The notes below the pieces were generated by a model. It ran no database searches. It worked only from the letters and a program-made list of their open reading frames with translations, and was not told where the DNA came from. A stretch of 63,552 nucleotides of DNA, the filler included, from Globobulimina sp. (taxonomy: Eukaryota), in assembly GCA_003354225.1 (NCBI GenBank). It is 50 parts of 50 records of this genome, joined end to end, with 100 filler letters (N's around TTAATTAATTAA, not from the genome) between each part and the next. Parts side by side here need not be neighbours in the genome. Positions count along the whole stretch, not along the records: positions 12,741 to 13,914 come from PIVH01021685.1; positions 14,015 to 15,188 come from PIVH01021686.1; positions 15,289 to 16,462 come from PIVH01021687.1; positions 16,563 to 17,736 come from PIVH01021688.1; positions 17,837 to 19,010 come from PIVH01021689.1; positions 19,111 to 20,284 come from PIVH01021690.1; positions 20,385 to 21,558 come from PIVH01021691.1; positions 21,659 to 22,831 come from PIVH01021692.1; 42 more parts are not named here. One strand, written 5' to 3'. Position numbers and translations under genes: made by a program. Shown in pieces: positions 13,085 to 25,477 of this stretch (position 1 is the stretch's first letter; the number at the start of each line of letters is the position of its first letter).

Positions 13085-13897
13085 ATGGCCGGAGTCATAG
13101 AACATAAAACAATCATTGACAAATGTATTGTATCAAAGGATCAAGAACATTTAGATATTATTCATTTGTCATTCTCTCAATATGTTGGCGACAGAACAGT
13201 GTATTTAATGGATTTACAACAATTTGGAAACTCAAACATGGAAAATCCCGCATTAGGAATGGCCAAAGTAGCAAAATCATTAAGTGCTGCAAGTTCTGCA
13301 ATGAATACGTGCAGTGTTGTTGGTGTCAGTTGTAATACATTTCATGCACCAATAATATTTGATGAATTTAAGAATGAAATCAATAAACATAATGAGGAGA
13401 TATGCGCAATACATAATATTAAATATGATACTAGTTTGGATAAAATTAATTTGTTAATCCCAGGATATTTATATATAAATCATATGATTGAATTGACATT
13501 AAAATATATTTTAAATGATTTACATTTGAGGAGTGTTGGTCTAATGAGTACCACTGGAACAAGACAAACAAATTTATATTCTGATATTGCAAACAAAGAT
13601 GAATTTAATATGAAAATTGTCGAAGTGGATGAAAATAAGCAAGATGAGCTGCATGACGCAATTTATAATCAAGAGGATGGCATTAAAAAATTATCTGCAG
13701 CTTCGGTGAGAGTGAGGAATAATTTTGAAGGATATGTAAAAGATTTGAAAAGTAAAGGAGTTGAAGCAGTGATATTGGGATGTACGGAAATTCCAATTGT
13801 TTTACCAGAACACGAATTATATGGAATAAAATTAGTCGATCCTATGACTGTCTTAGCTCACAAATTAATTCAACAAGTGACTAACAATACGATTTAA
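13085..13897 (+). CDS. PLP-independent aspartate/glutamate racemase family protein (extreme N-terminus missing)
   Basis: Two catalytic Cys motifs SCNTFH and LGCTEIP; GLMSTTGT. Confidence 0.85.
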   Translation: MAGVIEHKTIIDKCIVSKDQEHLDIIHLSFSQYVGDRTVYLMDLQQFGNSNMENPALGMAKVAKSLSAASSAMNTCSVVGVSCNTFHAPIIFDEFKNEINKHNEEICAIHNIKYDTSLDKINLLIPGYLYINHMIELTLKYILNDLHLRSVGLMSTTGTRQTNLYSDIANKDEFNMKIVEVDENKQDELHDAIYNQEDGIKKLSAASVRVRNNFEGYVKDLKSKGVEAVILGCTEIPIVLPEHELYGIKLVDPMTVLAHKLIQQVTNNTI

Positions 13898-14043
13898 TTT
13901 ACTTGCATTAAAATNNNNNNNNNNNNNNNNNNNNNNNNNNNNNNNNNNNNNNNNNNNNTTAATTAATTAANNNNNNNNNNNNNNNNNNNNNNNNNNNNNN
14001 NNNNNNNNNNNNNNTGAAAAACTTTTAATCGACAGTTGTACTT

Positions 14044-15188
14044 TTAATCGACAGTTATATCACACAATAAAGCACTTATTGAACTATTTGGATGCGTCAA
14101 ATCAAATCGTTGATCCATATGATTGTAAACAATTCGCGTCAATTCAAAATCATTATGTTTTCGACATCCACTCAACAGCGCAGTCCACATAACTTCATTT
14201 TTGCTGCAAGAATGTTGTTCATATTCCATGACAAGTTGCAACGCCTCTGCTAACCAGCCACATCTTGAAAAACAATCAATCAGCGACGTGATAACATAGG
14301 CATCGTATTTAACCTCCACATCCATAATTTCGTATCTCCAAATGTTCTCCGCTCCCTTTGCATCTCCTGAATGACTAAACGCATTCAACAAAGCTATAAA
14401 AATATATTTATCTGCTACCAATCCAACCGCTTTCATCTCATCGAACAACATCTTTGCTTTGACACATTCCCCATTCCTACTCAACGCATTACTCATTGCG
14501 TGCCATATATTAATTGTACTGCAATATTCTTCATATTGGCTCTGTTGAATCGCTTCGAATATCTCCTCGCAAACCTCTACCATCCCATACTTGCCGTACA
14601 TATTAATCAACGCCACCCGAACCGACATATCCTGCAACATCCATTTGTTGCCATTCATATCCTGTTGCAATTCACCATATAGTTTCTGCCCAAATTCAAA
14701 CAGCTGAAACGAGCCATCACCAACACAACTTTTGAAAACAACAGCATACGATACAACATCTGCTGTCATACTTGCATTGATATCGCACATAGTTTTAAAC
14801 AAATCAACACATTCCGCATACATTGCACAATTATAATATGCATCCATGGTCGCATTGACAGTGACCACGCTTTTCAATCCATCACCAATTGAATTATACA
14901 CCTCCAGCGCTGCTGTAATATCTTGAGATTTGCCATAAAAATCGATCAAAGTGTTGCTTAATTGCAACGAATGCGTTTCATGTCTAATGCTGTCATGAAT
15001 GTTTCTGCCACGTGCAAAATCTCCGACATTTATACAACATTTCAGAGCCAATATATGCGAAACAGTATCGTGGATACACGCATATTGCTCATACACTTTT
15101 AAAACCCGCTCTTGTCGACTTTATCGAGTTGGCTACACAAAGCAGAAATCTCGGACTGCAAATAGACGAAATCAACGTAAAAGAGAAT
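14044..15188 (-). CDS. Pentatricopeptide repeat (PPR) protein with E-domain-like C-terminus, 5'-partial
   Basis: NTLIDFYGK, ALINMYGK, IALLNAFSHSG, SLIDCFSRCG repeats; WTALLSGCRKH. Confidence 0.9.
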
Positions 15189-15288
15189 NNNNNNNNNNNN
15201 NNNNNNNNNNNNNNNNNNNNNNNNNNNNNNNNTTAATTAATTAANNNNNNNNNNNNNNNNNNNNNNNNNNNNNNNNNNNNNNNNNNNN

Positions 15289-16025
15289 ACATTTTATGAT
15301 TTGAATAAATATCAAAAAATATGGTTTTGCATAGTATTTGCAAGTAATTATTATCCCAAATAAGTGTACAAGACATTGAATTGATATCTGATGTCCATTT
15401 AATTACATTTTTTATATTTGATGTTGGTGTATAAAGATTTTGAGCGCATTTTATTAACATCAGTATAAATTGACAGATTTGCTTAAAAACAGAAGTCTGA
15501 TCAGTGATATTGCGATATTTACTTAGTTGAAATGTGGCAAATTCTGAACAAACAATCCAAACGTTATCGGTGTGATTGCATAGATACTGAATTATTTTCA
15601 TTGCTATTTTGAACAAAGTGTCATTATTTTTTAAGTCGGTTGCAATAATTACCAAACAAATATCATTTAACAATGTTTCCAATCCTTTAACTTCTTGTTT
15701 TCTATCAATGGCTATTTTTAATGCTGATAATAATGCATTTAAATAGATTTCTAATTTAATAACATCGATGTTAGTCTCAAATAATAATTTTGATTCTGAT
15801 AATAGCCATGCAAAGATTTTATTGATATTATGATCAATTTGATGAATCTTGGAAAAAAAACATCAAATTATTAATTTCGATCCAATTGGAACAATAATAC
15901 AATCCACAAACCTCACTAAATAATTCTAATATTATTTTAATCCAAATATCCTTGCATTCGTCTTTATTGACCTTACTTAAACTGATCTTTTTAAACACAC
16001 TCTTTAGCACTGAGAACATTATCAA
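15289..16025 (-). CDS. Hypothetical alpha-helical protein with an apparent frameshift at the A8 run 15863-15870
   Basis: Two long open frames meet at the homopolymer. Confidence 0.45.
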
Positions 16026-16124
16026 CTGAGTCAGTGGGTAAAAACCGTTATTTAATAAAAAACATTAATTAATTAACATAAATGAAAAACGCATTCTATA
16101 TAATATATTACAAATATTGCTGTA

Positions 16125-16462
16125 TTACTTCAATTCAGCATATCTATTTCCAATAAGTTTTGGATTGGATGCATACACCGATGATGACGAAGTTTGATTC
16201 GAATTCGATTTATCCTCAATTGAGTTATTTGTATTTAATTGTGTTTGTGTTTGAGAGTGTGTGGGTGATAGCAATTGTGCTTTGTTTACTTGTTTAAATT
16301 TCATATAATATTTTTTTCTATATTTGTTAGGAACACATAATAGACAGAAACAGCACAATCGTTCATAATACACATGGTCCGGATAATAAGCAGTCATTAA
16401 CAAAACACAAATACAATTAACGACCACATCAACGCCACAAATAAATCCTAAATATCCACGTG
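16125..16462 (-). CDS. C-terminal fragment of a membrane (7TM-like) protein
   Basis: Last TM helix, YERLCCFC, Ser/Asn-rich tail. Confidence 0.4.
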
Positions 16463-16603
16463 NNNNNNNNNNNNNNNNNNNNNNNNNNNNNNNNNNNNNN
16501 NNNNNNTTAATTAATTAANNNNNNNNNNNNNNNNNNNNNNNNNNNNNNNNNNNNNNNNNNNNTTTTCAACCTGATACCGATTTTTAACCAGTACCCGCTA
16601 AAA

Positions 16604-16820
16604 GACATCAATTATTGTGCTATACAAGCCATAAATAGCATTGCGGAACAATATAAAAAAATCGATAAAACCGTACATTTAAGACATATTAATGTCCAGG
16701 TACTAGTACATAATATATTGTCTTTGTACCAAAACAGATTTATTCATAATGAAATACATTATGTATACAGTCACATAAATTAATAGCCAAAGCAGATAAT
16801 TTAGTGAAACATTTTACATA
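16604..16820 (+). pseudogene. Possible degenerate Ty1/copia RNase H-like remnant
   Basis: CAIQAIN...LRHINVQ...IHYVYSHIN then, after a frameshift, KADNLVKHF; resembles KHI and AD.LTK motifs. Confidence 0.25.
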
Positions 16821-17095
16821 CGAAGATGTTATAGAAACCAAAGAAGAGGGCACTGTTGTTTTAGAAGAAGTGGATCGCCTTCATGTCACTGCATGGGGTG
16901 CCGCTCCAACTGCCAGTATTTTCTGCAAAACAGAAACTTAAATTTAATAAATGCAAATATAACATAATGTGACAAATTCTGTATTATTTATTTATTTTCA
17001 CAAAAAACAAAAGACTTTTGTCGTAATGTGCATAATGAAAGAAAAAATAAGAAAAAACTTGTTAAACAATGATCATAGCAATAATAAAATATCAA

Positions 17096-17736
17096 TTATT
17101 CTGAATTCTCATTTGTTTCATCAAATAATTTTTCAATTTCGTTAGTTTCCAATCCGCCCGCTTTATCCTCTTTGATATTGCCATACATATTCGTATTTTT
17201 TACATTATCAATATCTCCCTTTTGTTTCTCTTTATTAATGTTCCAAATCCTTTCCTCAATCGAATGCTTCATAATCAATGTATGAATAAATACTTCTTTC
17301 TCTTGACCCAATCGATAAACTCTATTAATGGCTTGTCGATGGAGCGCGGGATTGAAGGTGGGCTCCATCATAAAAACATGATTTGCGGCGGTCAACGTCA
17401 ATCCGACTGCGCCCGTTCGGACTGTCAATACAAACACTTTGATCTCCGGATCGGTTGCAAATAATCTTAAATTTTTGGCGCGTTTATTCATTGGCATTGA
17501 ACCACTTAATGTGCAATATTTAATTCCATTGGCATCCAATTCCGAACAAATCCAATCCAAACTCTTTGAAAAAGATGTAAAAACCAATGATTTATCACAA
17601 GGTTTCTCCCCACTCAATACATTCAATTCCGACACTAAAACTTTTAACTTTGCATCAAATCTTATGATTCCATCCTCATTTTCTTCTTCTTCCTCGTCCT
17701 CCGCCTCTTCCTCACTATGGTTATGATTATGATTAT
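17096..17736 (-). CDS. SNF2-family (RAD5/RAD16-like) helicase C-terminal domain
   Basis: KSLVFTSF, GAVGLTLTAANHVFMMEP, QAINRVYRLGQ, SIEERI. Confidence 0.92.
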
Positions 17737-18354
17737 NNNNNNNNNNNNNNNNNNNNNNNNNNNNNNNNNNNNNNNNNNNNTTAATTAATTAANNNNNNNN
17801 NNNNNNNNNNNNNNNNNNNNNNNNNNNNNNNNNNNNTGTTATATTTATATGGGTTTACATATGATATTAATGCATTTACTGATTGACAATGATGGCAATG
17901 GGTTATATATTAATATCGAATTTCTTTTTTGTTTTTTTTCTTCGTTAATGTCTCCTTTATTTTTTGTGTTGTTTATTTATTTTCACAATAACGATATATA
18001 TGCACCCACTGACTGTGTACCATTTAAGCTCAAGTTTTATATATATACTAGTATGTGATGTGTTGATCCTATCAGATTATACACGTCCATCGCACTTATA
18101 AGAAACACGACTGTATAAGGAAAACGCTTTTAAGTGTGGTGATAGTAAAAACAGTTTGTTCAGTAATGCACAGCCAGTGGGTGAAACGACGTAACTCGAA
18201 AATATTTGACACAACGATAGGAAATTCAAACAAAGAAAAATCAACATCATCAATAAAAATTCAATGCAAATAATACTCTATTTTTTGTATCAATGGATGG
18301 CCGTTTGACGATCTTAAATTGTTTTTATTTTTGATGCGATTTACTTTTTATTTG

Positions 18355-19010
18355 TCACTGTTTTTTCTTATTTTTGAGTGTGGATCGCATATATTTCTTC
18401 CTGGACGCAAACATTCCATAATACACAAAACATCCACCAACCGGTGTCAATAAAAATGTTGCCATTGCCCAGCCTCTTAACGATATCTCGACATTCCACA
18501 GATTTGGCATTGTGTATTGGTAATTTATCAATGCATTATTAATGTTATTGTTTAAACTCAAAAATGTTATCAATCCGTACCAACATCGCATTTCTGCTGC
18601 AAAACCTAACGGATATAAAATAATAAATGCATTATATCTTAACCACTCAACAAATGATGATTTTTTATTCAATAATTTAAAAATATAAAATGGATATCTT
18701 ATGACATCGGCTAAGCTCCAAATTAATAACAAACTCACATATCCCAATGGTAGGTAATTATTAAAATACGAGCTCTCCGATATGGCATTAGCTGCATTCA
18801 AACGGGCAACTAAATATAGTGTTTTTTATATATGCTTTAAATGAAAAACATTAAACCCAATTCATGCAAAAATACCGACATAATAAGCAAAGCATCAATA
18901 TACTGCATCTTCCGAGTTCTTGTAAAATTTGAACCATTAAATTTGATTTTGTTAATTTTAATAATGTATGAACGAGTTCTATTGCTTGACTTAATTGAAT
19001 AAACGTTAAA
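18355..19010 (-). CDS. 3-hydroxyacyl-CoA dehydratase (HACD/PHS1/PTPLA family), one intron near 18810-18880
   Basis: QAIELVH, WSLADVIRYPFY, WLRYNAFIILYPLG..E; C-terminal KKKQ ER-retention-like signal. Confidence 0.9.
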
Positions 19011-19110
19011 NNNNNNNNNNNNNNNNNNNNNNNNNNNNNNNNNNNNNNNNNNNNTTAATTAATTAANNNNNNNNNNNNNNNNNNNNNNNNNNNNNNNNNN
19101 NNNNNNNNNN

Positions 19111-20284
19111 TATGCTGTTTATCAATATCTTTGTTGAGAAATTCAAATATGAATGCAAATAAAATACAAATGCAGCAGACGGTGATTCAACGAGCTTTAT
19201 TGATTGGTATACTTCAGACTCATTACTTAATAATATAGGAATCAGAGCATTTTTTTGTGTGACAATCGATGCAAATCCAATCCCAAATATTGTGGCAAAC
19301 ACTACAAATATAATATTGTTTTGTTTGTCGTATATTGTATCTTTATAAAAATACAACGAAATCCATGCAATTTGATGTAAAACGAATAACATTAATATAA
19401 TATATAATCGATGTATTTTATCAGATATTTTCCCGATAATAAACGAAGCAATCACTGATATCAAACCATAATATCCTAAAATATAAAATTTTGCCGAATT
19501 GTCAGTAATTAACACTGGAAAATCGGCGCTGTCAAAGGCCATTTCGAGCCCGCTGTACATTGACAGAGGTACTAAACACCAAAAATTAAATTCTTTCAGC
19601 ACAGAAATAATTTTTTTACCACTCCCAATCAGTTCGCTTTTGATTGATATGTCTTTTGTATCCATCATACGCATTATATCAACCTCTGTATTCTCAACAT
19701 CATCCATCGGAATATTATCGTTTGTTTCTTTTGTGTTTATCATTGGAATGGATTGAATGCTTTGAATATTTTGATTTAAATTCATTGGTTTTATGCAACA
19801 AAAAGTAAATACGCCAATGACACAAACAAAGGTGAATAAAATATATAAAAATACAATGGATCCATTGAATGAAAATAATAAAGCACCAATAATACTGCCT
19901 AAACATGCCGAAAATTGAAATATTCCCCAAAAAATGCCATTGAATGCTCCTAATTTAGAATTTAATGCTTGTTCATGAAATATCTCATTGTGATTGGAAC
20001 ATTGTGTAATAAATACATTTCTTGCGATCCATAAACAAGGAGCTGAATATATTGTGAATTAATGTAGCAAATGAAATACTGTATATGTTCTATGATAAAA
20101 ATACAAAATACCTGCTACACCAACTAAAACACTGCAGAAATATAATGCAAATGCAATGACTTTAATATTTGCTGCAATATATAAAACATAGCAGGAAGTA
20201 GCTGCGAAAAATACTTTGTGTGCCGATATGCGTTTAATTATAGGTCCAACCAATAAAGTGGCAAAAGGAATAACTGTATAGATT
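19111..20284 (-). CDS. UNC-93-like MFS membrane protein, partial; intron 20043-20111
   Basis: YIAANI...GVAAPCLWIARNVFIT...FNGIFWGIFQ...YSGLEMAFDSADF. Confidence 0.85.
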
Positions 20285-21101
20285 NNNNNNNNNNNNNNNN
20301 NNNNNNNNNNNNNNNNNNNNNNNNNNNNTTAATTAATTAANNNNNNNNNNNNNNNNNNNNNNNNNNNNNNNNNNNNNNNNNNNNTCACCTCCACCAAAAA
20401 CAAGAAGTTTAGTGGCGAGAAAATAATATTAGTATTGAAATAATGAGCACATTTGGAAAAATAACCAAAAACAAGGAATTGGACCAAAATAATTCGACGA
20501 CTTGCAGCCAGTTCTGGGCAAATCCGTCTCCTGTAGTCGCCCTTTATCTTAAGATTTGTCATCATACTCACAGCAAAACCCCGAATAGGTGCGGAGTGTG
20601 GATATATTTTTTCTGTAGTTTAATAAATATTCCCCTCTACCTTCAACATGAATCCATAACATTCCAAATCAGATTGTAATCCATGCAATTCCACTAATAA
20701 TTATCATAACTTGTTCCATAATCGCCTAAAACATTCCTGTTATAATCACAGTTGTTATATTTTATCACGATGACATGCTATTACTTGTTCTGAACCATAT
20801 TTATTTGCTTGATTTGTTGTGAGTGGGCGTGTTACTAAGGTCAAAGATACCAGAATTCGAAAACTGTATTAATTCAACATGAAACTCTCAGTCTTACTCA
20901 GTTAAACAAATTTATCTAAATTGTGATGCAGATAGATCCACTAATCAATGCACAAAATAAACAGCCATTACATCAGTTTATACACTCATATTGATTAGCA
21001 ACGGTATTATACACTCATATCCATTAAATAAACAATCTTCGTAATTTTCCAAAATTCTAAAACACTAAAAACAATGAAACAAAAAACAAATACTAATTCA
21101 G

Positions 21102-21558
21102 GTCAATTGTGTGGTGCTGACTGTCGGTTATGTGATCAGCGACCATTTGGCTGCCCGGAAGATAATCATTGCACATACGATTGGGACAGACGCTATTGCG
21201 TCGTAGATGCATTAAATACAACCGCAAATCCAATACCAGATCCAACCGCTGGTACATGTTGTGGCTGCACCCACTCTTTCAACTCAACAGGATGTGATGA
21301 TAAAACATGTGAATATCAAATTTGCTATGATTACCAAGATATCTATTGTTGTACCACTAGTTGGGATCCCCTTTGCGCGGATACAGCACACAATATATGT
21401 TATAACTATACTGCTCCACCATGGACGACATCATTCAATACAACAGCATTCGTGTCAACATTGCCGCCAACACTAGTAAATACCACAGTAAATCCCACCG
21501 CAACACCCAGAGTAAACCCCACAACAAATTCAATATCACATCCAACAACCTCTGCACC
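21102..21558 (+). CDS. Exon of a Cys-rich extracellular protein with Pro/Thr stalk
   Basis: TACTAAT..CAG acceptor at 21091-21101; GCDDKTC..IC..D.YCCTTSWDPLCA module; PT-rich tail. Confidence 0.65.
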
Positions 21559-22186
21559 NNNNNNNNNNNNNNNNNNNNNNNNNNNNNNNNNNNNNNNNNN
21601 NNTTAATTAATTAANNNNNNNNNNNNNNNNNNNNNNNNNNNNNNNNNNNNNNNNNNNNAGGATAAACCTTGACTCTTTCATCGAAGCTTACTGTCAATGG
21701 TTTCCCTTTTTTATTTTTGTTTCTCGTGCAATCGTAAATGGATTATTCTCAGATTTGATAGAGCTATGCATATGTTTTGCTTTTGAAATCGACACATTTT
21801 TTTGGTACTCTTCCTTGCTTTTATCATTTGTTTGTATGGACACATGAGTGACATGATGAGCATTCATGTGATCGCGTTTAGATGTCTGTGACTCCATTAC
21901 TTGAATAAGAACACCATTCATTCCCATTTTGATATTGTTCAACAAGATTTATATAATTTCGCTAGTAGATTATATAAACAGCTTAAGATGAAAAACTGAA
22001 AAATCGTGAAGCTGTTTTCAATCTTAAATCTAAGATTTTGTTCCTTGGATAAATCCGCAAATCCCCTAAAGCAACCAAAAAAACTCTAAGAAATCAATGA
22101 TTGTTTCAAGTGAAGAAACAAAATAAGTGTACAAAGTAACAAAAATAATGTTATAATTTAAAGTGTATATAATTTGGAAGTTATCA

Positions 22187-22744
22187 TCAGAGCGACATCA
22201 GAGCTTCTCGATCAGAAATAGCTTCTTCGCGTTCAACATCATTGACGCCTCCAAATACTGCAAATATTGCTCCCATGCAACAAAACATGCATACAATACA
22301 ACCAAATGCTAAACAAATTAATGAAAATTGAATAATACTCCATGCCAATATCATCATAGCAATAGGTTCTTGTTTACAATCATCAGTCATTTGATTAACA
22401 TACATATAAAGTCCAATACCCGCAAATGATAAATAACAGCACAACAATAAACAATCGGGTCCTCGTACTAAACGTAATAACGATGCTCTATTTGCTTCAG
22501 AACAACTCCTACAACATACTATGCATAAATGAATAGCACCGTATCCAATCTGTATATAACCTACAATATAGAGAAATAATTGCAAATCAATGGTATAATT
22601 TGTTCCACCACATTGTGACTCATCTGCATCATATTGGGATGCTACAACAACTGCGGCTATGGCTGCTGGTAATAATATGCATGCACATCCTCCGCCGATT
22701 TCTTCTTGCCGTCCTTGAATTGTAGTTATTGCTGTTTCACTCAT
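22187..22744 (-). CDS. Cys-rich four-TM membrane protein
   Basis: Complete 185-aa ORF with four hydrophobic helices. Confidence 0.7.
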   Translation of the reverse strand: MSETAITTIQGRQEEIGGGCACILLPAAIAAVVVASQYDADESQCGGTNYTIDLQLFLYIVGYIQIGYGAIHLCIVCCRSCSEANRASLLRLVRGPDCLLLCCYLSFAGIGLYMYVNQMTDDCKQEPIAMMILAWSIIQFSLICLAFGCIVCMFCCMGAIFAVFGGVNDVEREEAISDREALMSL

Positions 22745-23190
22745 ATATGATTTTTAAGTTTAATTCAATGATACGACTTCGTAATAATTCATTCTCTTTG
22801 TGGAGTTTTGCGTTTTCTTCTTTCAACTCATNNNNNNNNNNNNNNNNNNNNNNNNNNNNNNNNNNNNNNNNNNNNTTAATTAATTAANNNNNNNNNNNNN
22901 NNNNNNNNNNNNNNNNNNNNNNNNNNNNNNNTACCAAATTTTTTAAAACCTGCGCTGTCGTCACCATATACAACGACCCCTTATCTTCCTTCACAATAAC
23001 TTTACGATTTGGGTCGCTGTGTTTTTGATTTTCTTCGATACAGTCCATATAAGCCTCCTCTTCCAAGTCTGTTAAATTCAATTTATATTTTATTGATGCC
23101 TGATTATGTATGCATTCGTTATATAATGTTATCTCAAATTCATGTAAGAAAGCTTCTAATTTTATATTTCCTGAGCTCTTACAATGGTAT

Positions 23191-24104
23191 CTACGTTCTT
23201 TGGTGTTTACTAAATACGGTTTCCAATCGCTCCAATCCTTTTCGTCGTATTTTTCTTCTTTTTTTCTCTTCTTTTTTCTCTTCGTTTTTATCTTTGGGCT
23301 TCCATTGATTATAAATGTTATTATACCATGATCTGCAGCTATTTTTTAGTTTCAATATTCCCGTAAAAATGTTGTTGAAATCAAAAAATCGCGGATTTAC
23401 TACGAAATTTCGACTCCTTGCTACTAAATCTTCGAAACCAGGATGAATTTTGATATTTTCGTCTGTTTTTGGTAAGATTTGCTTTGGTGCCAATTTTAGT
23501 GCTTCTTCCTTTAAAATTATTTTGCATTTTTTACGCAAAATCGCACATTTTCGTTTGCGTACTAACTTATTTTTAAATGCATTATATTTACTTCTCCGTT
23601 TTTCAAAATGTCTCTGTTTTGTTTTGCTGCCTTTCTTCCACGCTCTCCTTTTCTTACTTTGCTGAAAGATTTGCTGTAAACGGAATACTTTATGTTCACT
23701 CACAGCGTCTTCGTTTCTTTTTGATTCATCTAAAATACGCAGCGTTGTCTCTACATCGATTGTAAAGCTATCCGTGTACGAACAACATGGTACTCTCTCT
23801 GCGGCGCTTTCATTTTCCGGTAACATGAAATATTTCTCTTCGCTGTCATGGTCCTCGTTATCTGTATCAATGCTCCGCGTTCTATCCCAAATTCCGGCGT
23901 TGTATTCTAACGCATTTACGCTGACTCTCTCAATGCTTCCTCTCTCGCTGTAATTATAACTCGTATTATCGGATCGTTGTTGATTTACGATCCAATTCTT
24001 CCAAAACGTAGCTGGTGTGAACTCAAATAATGTATTCATTCTCTTCTTAACTAAGCGGTCAATGCTTACCAATTCATGGAATAACTGCAATTCCGCTACG
24101 TTTG
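23191..24104 (-). CDS. Hypothetical basic (K/R-rich) protein, partial
   Basis: About 300 open codons. Confidence 0.5.
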
Positions 24105-24587
24105 NNNNNNNNNNNNNNNNNNNNNNNNNNNNNNNNNNNNNNNNNNNNTTAATTAATTAANNNNNNNNNNNNNNNNNNNNNNNNNNNNNNNNNNNNNNNN
24201 NNNNTTCAATATATTGATTTAAACTTAATATATCAAATTGTTTCTTCAAAAGCAATCATTTTTTGTTGTATGGTCCATAGTTTGTGTTTAAAGCAATATA
24301 TGAAAAATCTGTTCTGTTGGAAAGTTTCGTATTTATTGGATGTGTTCACATCTCAAAGGAATTTTATTCAAAGTGAATATTGCGAGCTAATTTGATGCAT
24401 ATATCTATAGACCAATCATTCCAAAAACGTGTAGTGTTTGCCTTTGTTTCTGAATATCATGTACAACAGAAACATAATTTATTTCATGTACAAACATACC
24501 TGATAATCATAGCTATTGTCTGTTGAAAGAATTTTTGAATTCCATTGAGTTCTCTTTGATCTAGCCTTATATTGCTTAGTTCCGGTA

Positions 24588-25286
24588 CTACCTTAATTGC
24601 ACTGCGATTTTGCTCTGTTTGGACGCAGCGACGCTGTTTACGGATATTGACTGCGTATTGTCCTTCTCTTTAAGTGTACCGCCCAATGTATTAATATTTA
24701 CAATTAATTTTAGCAACGAAGATGCCAATAAATAGCCTAATATACCAATCAAAAACGTATCGATTACCAAAAAAGCCCAACACACATTGAGCCATATTCT
24801 TTTCCCTTTGTCTGTGTCTTGGTACCTAATCAATTCGTAACGTAGTAACATATAAACGAGGTACAAGCAACATTGTGCCACCATTGTGATGACAAAGCAA
24901 CCAAACACGAAATATGTCTCCGATTTAGAAACCGCGCTCATCATTGTCGAGGCTTTGAAGATTAAGTAATAGCGGTAAATAAAGAGCAAATATAGACTCA
25001 TTTTAGCGAGACACCAAAACAAATCGTATGCGACGTACAATGAGTTGCATAAATCTGGATCGTAGGCAATAAACCAGGCGTAATATGTGATTGGGTCAAT
25101 CGCATTTTGTCCCAAATGCATTAATGCACAAAATAAGGTTAAACCAATTGTGAGATTGTCAGTGCCTGTCTGTGTCTGACGCATCTTACCTTGTCTGATT
25201 TTGTAACATATCAATACTGTGATTAAGAGAGCTAAGACCGCACAGCATACAGAGACGGCGAATAAAGGAGGCGTAATATAGTCCAT
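24588..25286 (-). CDS. GPCR-like multi-TM protein (first exon; probably spliced further downstream)
   Basis: Five TM helices, YLLFIYRY at the end of TM3; the stop overlaps a possible GT donor. Confidence 0.6.
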   Translation of the reverse strand: MDYITPPLFAVSVCCAVLALLITVLICYKIRQGKMRQTQTGTDNLTIGLTLFCALMHLGQNAIDPITYYAWFIAYDPDLCNSLYVAYDLFWCLAKMSLYLLFIYRYYLIFKASTMMSAVSKSETYFVFGCFVITMVAQCCLYLVYMLLRYELIRYQDTDKGKRIWLNVCWAFLVIDTFLIGILGYLLASSLLKLIVNINTLGGTLKEKDNTQSISVNSVAASKQSKIAVQLR

Positions 25287-25477
25287 GTTGTATGGTGCTA
25301 CATATTGATATTGTGACGGTGGATAAGTTCCGTTGTAGCTGTAATTTGCATAATATGCTGGCCAATAACTATATTCANNNNNNNNNNNNNNNNNNNNNNN
25401 NNNNNNNNNNNNNNNNNNNNNTTAATTAATTAANNNNNNNNNNNNNNNNNNNNNNNNNNNNNNNNNNNNNNNNNNNN

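Noticed and set aside
15863-15870. Programmed frameshifts here and near 44278-44283
   Set aside because: Both fall in homopolymer runs; sequencing indels are more likely
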